Below are positions 56,892-64,000 of a DNA stretch of 64,000 nucleotides, one piece after another; within the stretch, counting starts at the first letter, position 1; every line of letters begins with the position of its first letter. Below the pieces are notes generated by a model, which made no database searches, had not been told where the DNA came from, and saw only the letters and a program-made list of their open reading frames with translations. The stretch spans positions 42,966,001-43,030,000 of the forward strand of contig OZ024754.1 in NCBI GenBank assembly GCA_964016885.1, written 5' to 3'. The translations under genes were made by a program, and so were the position numbers. Origin of the DNA: Eledone cirrhosa. Lineage: Eukaryota.

Positions 56892-57364
56892 GCCTCTATA
56901 GTATGTGTTGTATGTTAATGTGTGCGTGTGTATATATATATGTGTATATGTCCCGCTGTGGTTTATCTGTATATATATATATATATATATGACCTTCTAT
57001 GGTTTATGTCTCTATGTAAACGTGTATGTGTATATATGTCCCTCAATCGTTTACGTGTGTGTTTATTTATGCTTGTGTTGTGTATGTATGGTTGTGTGGA
57101 TGTGTGTATGTGTGTGTGTGTATATGTGTAGGTCAGTACTAGCAAGTAATAGTTTCTTGTCTTCTCCTCCATTGGATGACGTAGGAATGACCATGTCTTC
57201 TCTCTCTCTCTCTCACTCTCTCTTTCTCACACTCTCTCTCTCTTTCTCACACACACACACACTCTCTCTCTCTCTCTCTCTCTCTCTAGATAAATCTACC
57301 AAAATGATGAATTTTTTAATATAAGGAACTGTTTCTTTGTTTTTATTCATTGTTTTTATTAATT

Positions 57365-57437
<73 letters not shown>

Positions 57438-57619
57438 TTTGAGTATATGTTGGTTGTATACCAACACCTCGGTATGCAGATTGGAGCACTCGACGAAGTG
57501 CGCAGGCTGGTTTGGTTACTCCGGAGTAATGTAAAATAAAATAAAATAAATAAGTCAAATATTTAAAATTTGGCTTCGTTTATTACTGCTATATATATTT
57601 CGGTGACAGCCATCTTTGG

Positions 57620-57882
57620 ACAACAGATTGGACAATATGCTGAGTAGCATAAGGTTTCGGCCCTTTACGATCTGAGTTCGAGTCCTAGCGTGGTTAACTG
57701 TGCCTTTCATTCTTACGGGGTCGATAAAATAAAGTACCAGTAATGTACTGGGGTAATTACTGGCTTTGTGCCAAAAGTAGAAACAATTATTATTATTGCT
57801 GTTTTTTGTGTAATACACTGGGATCGATTTAATCGATTTTCCCCTCCCCTTCAAATTGCTGGCCTTGTGCCTAAAGTAGAAA
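57620..57882 (+). mobile_element. SINE family 1 (diverged) plus extra 3' fragment
   Basis: Central and 3' motifs conserved. Confidence 0.8.
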
Positions 57883-59115
57883 CTTGGGTGTTTGGCAGCA
57901 AATTTTGACCTTGAGCAAGACTTTTTATTTTATTCAGCTGGAAACCATTCAAAAGTTGTAATTCAATAAACCCAACCTTGTCAAACTATCACTATCACTC
58001 CGAATCTCCCTGAGATTAAAGCTATTGCTACAAGTGAGTAAAGAATGCTTAGACACTTGCAGATAATTTCACGAGTAGATTATTGTCCAAGTTACGTTGT
58101 TGGTTCAAATTCTGCCGAGGTCAAACTTCACTGTCATCGTTTCGAGATCGATAAACTAAAATATCATTCAGCTATTGAACTCAATATAAACACCTTTCCT
58201 CTTGGCCACAAACTGATGACCTTTTTCTTAAATTAGAAATCATTATAATTACTTTTGAATGAATTAAACCTGAATAAGTGTTTCAATTGTTGCAAGTTTT
58301 CATGATTATCTCCCTTTGTTTCTCAACCCTCGGGGCAGAAATTTGAAGAGAATTTATTAGACATATTTTCAAATTTCTGCCTTGAGGGTAATACAAAAGC
58401 AGAGAGTGAATATATAACGGAGGAGGAGGAGGGGTGGGGGAGGAGGAGGGGGTGGATGAGAAAGAGGAGAAGGGGTAGAGGGGAGGAGGGGTAGATGGTG
58501 GCGATGAGATAAGATGGAGGTGAAAGTGATAGGGGTGGAAAGATATAAAGGAGAGGTCAATGTATTGATGGGAAAATCATCGGTGTGTGTATGTGTGTGT
58601 ATGCGTGTGTGTGTATGTGTGTGTCTGTGTGTATGTGTAATTTAAGGAAAGAAGAAAAGAAAGAAGAAAGAAGAAAATGAACACTAACATATGATAGTAA
58701 AAGTGTATTGAAGCAGTGAAGCAGAGACTAGGGAGGAGAGCAAACCTTTAATACAGAAAGAGTGTATATATATATATATATATATATATAAATATATATA
58801 TAATGATAATAAAAAATACGAGGTGTTAGATCTTCATTATATGTATTGAAGTGTGACGCGTGTTTCGCGATTGATGAGCTCAAGGTTCGATCTGTATAGA
58901 TCGGGCACGACTCTGGAATCAAAAGCTCATTGGGCTTCTGTTATGGTACTAAGCTTAGTACAACACCAATATACCTACTGGGAACTACGCGTCGAGTGCT
59001 CACCTTGGTCAACCTACAGTAACTGGACGTTACAATCACTAAATATATATATATATATGTAATTATAATGAAATGACAGGAGGCTGGATTTGTGTAAATC
59101 CTTGAAAGGTTTATT

Positions 59116-59173
59116 ATACTATGATCATTTCAATGACCGGGTTCCGTATGAATCCGGTGATATCATCAGGTAT
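59116..59173 (-). ncRNA. Type-I hammerhead ribozyme (family C, intact)
   Basis: Minus strand ATAC-CTGATGA-(ACCGGATTC/GAACCCGGT stem II)-GAAA-T-GATC-ATA-GTAT; homologous to 7710-7912. Confidence 0.85.
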
Positions 59174-59318
59174 TCGAAATATAATAAGTGAATGTAATAG
59201 ATAAAATCCATGGGGCTGAAAATCAAAGACCCGAGGGCGACCGCCATCCAGCATCTTCTACCTTTGCCGGTCGCCCTCGAGTGACGTGGCTAAAGCTTAC
59301 AGTGTGCTACTACCGGTC

Positions 59319-59360
<42 letters not shown>

Positions 59361-59539
59361 CCAAGACCCCCAGCAGACAACTGATGAAGGAAAATGTTCT
59401 CTCGTTCTTGCTTTCTCTTTTTATAAGTACACCTATCCACCAACTACACAGCCTCTGTTTATTCACACACACAGGGACACACACACACACACACACATAC
59501 ATATATATATATGGAGAGAGAGAGAGAGAGAGAGAGGAG

Positions 59540-59578
<39 letters not shown>

Positions 59579-59642
59579 GGATAGAGAGAGAGAAAGAGGG
59601 ATAGAGAGAGAGAAAGAGGGATAGAGAGAGAGAAAGAGGGAT

Positions 59643-59688
<46 letters not shown>

Positions 59689-59842
59689 AGATAGAGAAAG
59701 AGAGATAGATAGAGAAAGAGGGATAGATAGAGAAAGAGGGATAGATAGAGAAAGAGGGATAGATAGATAGAGAGAGAGAGAAAGAGGGATAGATAGATAT
59801 AGATATATATATAGAGAGAGAAAGAGAGATAGATAGATATAG

Positions 59843-59875
<33 letters not shown>

Positions 59876-60464
59876 CAGACATAAACAGAGAGATAGAGAG
59901 AAAATGAGCGAGAAAGAGTTTTGTTTCCTTTGTGTGTTAGACATGTTTTGTGGTCCCCTTAATCACTGACATTACCATAGAAAAGGTGTCGGTAGGGAGA
60001 CGAGGGTAAGGGAGAGAGAATAGAGAAATAGTTAGGTGTGGTCGGTGGGTGACAGTGGTCGTTCGTGGGGGTGAGGTAGGGGACAGAATTTCATGCTTGT
60101 TGTTGCAAATCATTTAACAATAGACTAAAGTACTGGATTATTTTAAGGGGCTACAAATGAACTCCTTCAAAAATCCACACTTCTTTAGCAGAATATAAAG
60201 TCCCTGGTCACCCCACCACCACCATCTACCGTCCATACGACCCCCAGCCCCTTCTTCTGACTACACTCACCCCCATCTCTCTCTCTCTCCCCTCACATTC
60301 ATTTTACTATCCTATGTGGTTGACGTTGGCCACAGTTAGGAAGTGTAAAGCCCTTGTAATGCCCCCTTTTCCAGTTTGGCGTGTTGTTGTTGTTGATATT
60401 GTTGTTGTTGTTATATTATTGATGTTGTTGCTGCTGTTGTTGTTGTTGTCGTTGATGTTGTTGC

Positions 60465-60508
<44 letters not shown>

Positions 60509-60521
60509 ATGTTGTTGTTGA

Positions 60522-60562
<41 letters not shown>

Positions 60563-61329
60563 ATGCTGCTGTTGTTGTTGCTGCTGCTGCTGTTGTTGTT
60601 GCTGTTGTCGTTGATGTTGCTGCTGTTGTTGTTGTTGTTGTTGTTGCTGTTGCTGCTTTTTAGCTGCCTTGTGCGAAAAGTAGGAACAATTATCGTTATT
60701 GCTGTTGTTATTATTGTTGTTGTTGTTGATTTTGTTATTGCTGTTGCTATTGTTGTTGTTGGTGCTGTTCTTGTTGCTTCATTGTTACTTTTGATGTTGC
60801 TGTTGCTATTATCGTTGTCTTTTTATTGTTGTTATCGCTGCTATTATAATACAAAATAAAGTACCAGTAACATACTTGGGTCGATTTAATCGACTTCCCC
60901 TCACCTCCTCTCAATGTGTTAGTTCTGCGCCTAAATCAGAAACCATTATCGTCTGCTTTATTGTACAATGACAAAATGGCCGCTTGGGATGACGGCGGAG
61001 AATGACGGCAAAGATGGCGATTTAAAAATGTTTTATTTTTCATTCATATACTTTTCTTGACGCTGTTGTCGCTATATTTATGATAAAGTGAAGCAGGAGA
61101 GAATAATAAGATATATTGTTGTAGAACTAAGTGTGTATATTATAGTCAGGGTCGAGAATCACAGTAGAGTGTGAATGCAATGTCAGTTGTAGTCGCTCCA
61201 TCTTTTACACGTAAAAATAAAATAGAAGAAAATAAAATGGAATAAATAAATGAATAAATATAGCAGCTGTTGTCAGGGATTTTCATGATTTGAAAAAATT
61301 TGTAAGCTTTCTCAATGTTAGTCGGCGGT

Positions 61330-61422
<93 letters not shown>

Positions 61423-62033
61423 TTCGTGTGGTTTTACTGGCAGCATGACCCTCCCAAAGTATAACTATACACATACACATATATATATATATATATATAT
61501 ATGTGTGTATATATATATTTATAATATCAGTAAATTAAACAAATATAAACGATTTCATCTGCCTTTACATGCATTGTGATATTGTTAAAAGGGATTGCCG
61601 CCATCTTTACTTCTGTTTGTACGTCTGTCTGTCTTTCTCTGCGTGTGTGTGTGTGTGTGTGTGAGTGTGTGTGTGTGTGTGGATGGGGTGGGTGGCGTTG
61701 GGGGTTGTCTGTATTGGTTCAGTCCCAGAATTTATACGTAGTTTCAACTGTTAAAACTTGAACTGTTCAAGACTATCTGAATGAAGTCGATAAAAAAAGT
61801 ACCAGTCAAATACTGAGGTCGATTCTTCCTCTATATCTCTTTCTCATTTCTTCTCTCTTACTTTCTATCTTTCTCTGGAAGAAATCTGTAATATGCTTTA
61901 CTAAGGTCTGGAGAGGGGTGGGCTCCGCCTGGCTTAAAATGTCCGAGAAACGCCGTATGTCAATATGGCGTCCCTACGACTCTACACACTTAGAACTATG
62001 ATAATAAAAGGGTTAAAGATATCTTGCTTCCCC

Positions 62034-62067
<34 letters not shown>

Positions 62068-62113
62068 TTCTCTCTCTCTCTCCCTCTCTTCCTCTCTCTC
62101 TCTCTCTCTTCTT

Positions 62114-62145
<32 letters not shown>

Positions 62146-62527
62146 TCTCTCTCTCTGACTCTCTCTCGCACCCACAGCAGCCACAGAAGCCCCGAAAAAA
62201 GTTATGGACACATCTCTTCCGCTGCTGATTAAACAGTAAAAAGAAAAAAAGAGAGAGAGAGAGAGAAAATGCATGATTAATTTTGAAAAAAAAAAAATGA
62301 AGAAATAATGAATGCTGCGAATGTGCATATGAGTAAATAATGGAAAACACAGATGTAAATGTGAGATGACTGGTGTCTTAGTGAATAATACGTGAAGATT
62401 GTCACAAAGAAGCTTCTAGAATGTCAAGAATAATATGTGAACAATGCTAAAGTCAGATTTAAAGCACACGGAATGATCAATCGGTTTACTTCCTGTAGAC
62501 CACCAACCTTAACTTACACACACACAC

Positions 62528-62621
<94 letters not shown>

Positions 62622-62834
62622 ATATATATACCTCACACACACATATACTCACACACACACATATATATATGTATATATATGTATATACATATATTAACAG
62701 ATATGAATGTATATCTATGCATCTATATCTATTTATATAAGATATATATGCATATATATATATATATATATATGCATCTATATCTTATATAAAAAAAAAT
62801 ATATATATATAAATATATATATGTGTGTGTGTGT

Positions 62835-62922
62835 GTGGTGTGTAAATAAATAATAAATATATGCACCTATATATATATATATATATATAGGTGCATATAT
62901 TTATTATTTATTTACACACCAC
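62835..62922. repeat. Perfect 88-bp palindrome centred on (TA)11
   Basis: 33-bp unique arms GTGGTGTGTAAATAAATAATAAATATATGCACC and its reverse complement. Confidence 0.9.
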
Positions 62923-62923
62923 T

Positions 62924-62966
<43 letters not shown>

Positions 62967-63017
62967 CGTTTCTGAACAGAACAAAGGAGAGGCACAGAAA
63001 CAAAGAAAGGAATCCCC

Positions 63018-63062
63018 AGTCACTGAAGAGGTCACAGAGTGTGTGACGAAAGAATTATGACT
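63018..63062 (+). ncRNA. Minimal type-I hammerhead ribozyme
   Basis: AGTCA-CTGAAGA-G-GTCACA/TGTGAC-GAAA-GAAT-TA-TGACT; downstream tail (CATGACCCTCCCAAAGTATAAC) shared with ~61445 and ~10540 (-). Confidence 0.85.
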
Positions 63063-63202
63063 ATATATAAACAACTATCTGGTTGTGGAACCAACCAACC
63101 AACCAGAAATTTATAAATTTATTATAAATTTATTATAATAAATTGAAGTGAAAGCAACTGGTGCGTGTGTTTCTTATTGGCAACATGACCCTCCCAAAGT
63201 AT

Positions 63203-63245
<43 letters not shown>

Positions 63246-63492
63246 CATTAACACATATGAATACATATGCATATCTATGCATCTATATTTAGATGCATAT
63301 ATTTATTTATTTACATTCATGTCTGTGTAATACGTCAATATATATTTTATCAACACCTGGATACCAGAAACACGTTTGTGTTCAAACACACACACACGTG
63401 TGTACGAGTGTGTGTACGAGTGTGTATGTGTGTGTGTGTGTCTTAGAGAGAAAATGTATACAAGTGACATATTTTATTATTACATAATGTAA

Positions 63493-63797
63493 AATCCCGC
63501 CGAGGTTAACTTTGCCTTTCATCCTTACGGGGTCCATAAAATAAAGTACCAGTAATACACTGGGGTAATTGCTGGCCTTGTGCCAAAAGTAGAACAATTA
63601 TTATTCGGTGGATTGGCAGTATCGGTAGAGTGTCAGACACCATTCTTTTCAGCATAGAGTTATGGCCCTTTATGGTCTGAATTCAAATCCCGCCGAGGTT
63701 AACTTTGCCTTTCATCCTTACGGGGGTCCATAAAATAAAGTACCAGTAATACACTGGAGTAATTGCTGGCCTTGTGCCAAAATTAGAAACAATTATT
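63493..63797 (+). mobile_element. Two tandem SINE family 1 copies (first 5'-truncated)
   Basis: 63493-63600 and 63607-63797. Confidence 0.9.
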
Positions 63798-64000
63798 TTA
63801 TTCTGTTTCGGGAGAAAAGTAAATGGCCAGGAAACCTTTCCTGGCCTCGGAGACTGATGGGAAAGATGGAGGATTGTATCTTCAGATGAGAGACCAGGTA
63901 AGAAGGCTTGCAATGGATTAGAGTCCGTTAATATACCCGAGAATCAGAAGTTACTGTTCTATCGGTTGACTGATTAAATCTACCTCACAGGTAGGCCTCG

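Overview
Eukaryotic, very AT-rich, microsatellite-saturated intronic/intergenic DNA. The repeat landscape (tRNA-derived SINEs, CORE-type SINEs, vast TA/CA/TATG tracts) strongly suggests an octopus (coleoid cephalopod) genome; this is inference. Nearly all ORFs in the track are microsatellite translations. Supportable content: ~24 copies or fragments of one SINE, several CORE-type SINEs, decayed LINE fragments (RTE x3, CR1 x2, R4/Dong, Tx1/L1-like, CRE-like, Penelope GIY-YIG), MITEs (piggyBac-, pogo-, mariner-, hAT-type), four minisatellites, a 3.4-kb (GGT)n array and a few candidate exons (best: Ig-like, 50409-50651). The notable signal is nine complete type-I hammerhead ribozyme cores (CTGANGA...GAAA...NTH, stems I-III, mostly palindromic loop 3), plus partial ones, from apparently unrelated short elements next to (TA)n tracts. 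Many are fold-back hairpins. In one family the arms carry copy-specific variants in both arms, and in two families the loop occurs in flip and flop orientations. They look like non-autonomous Penelope-pLTR-derived ribozyme hairpin elements. All calls were made by eye; no searches or folding were run.
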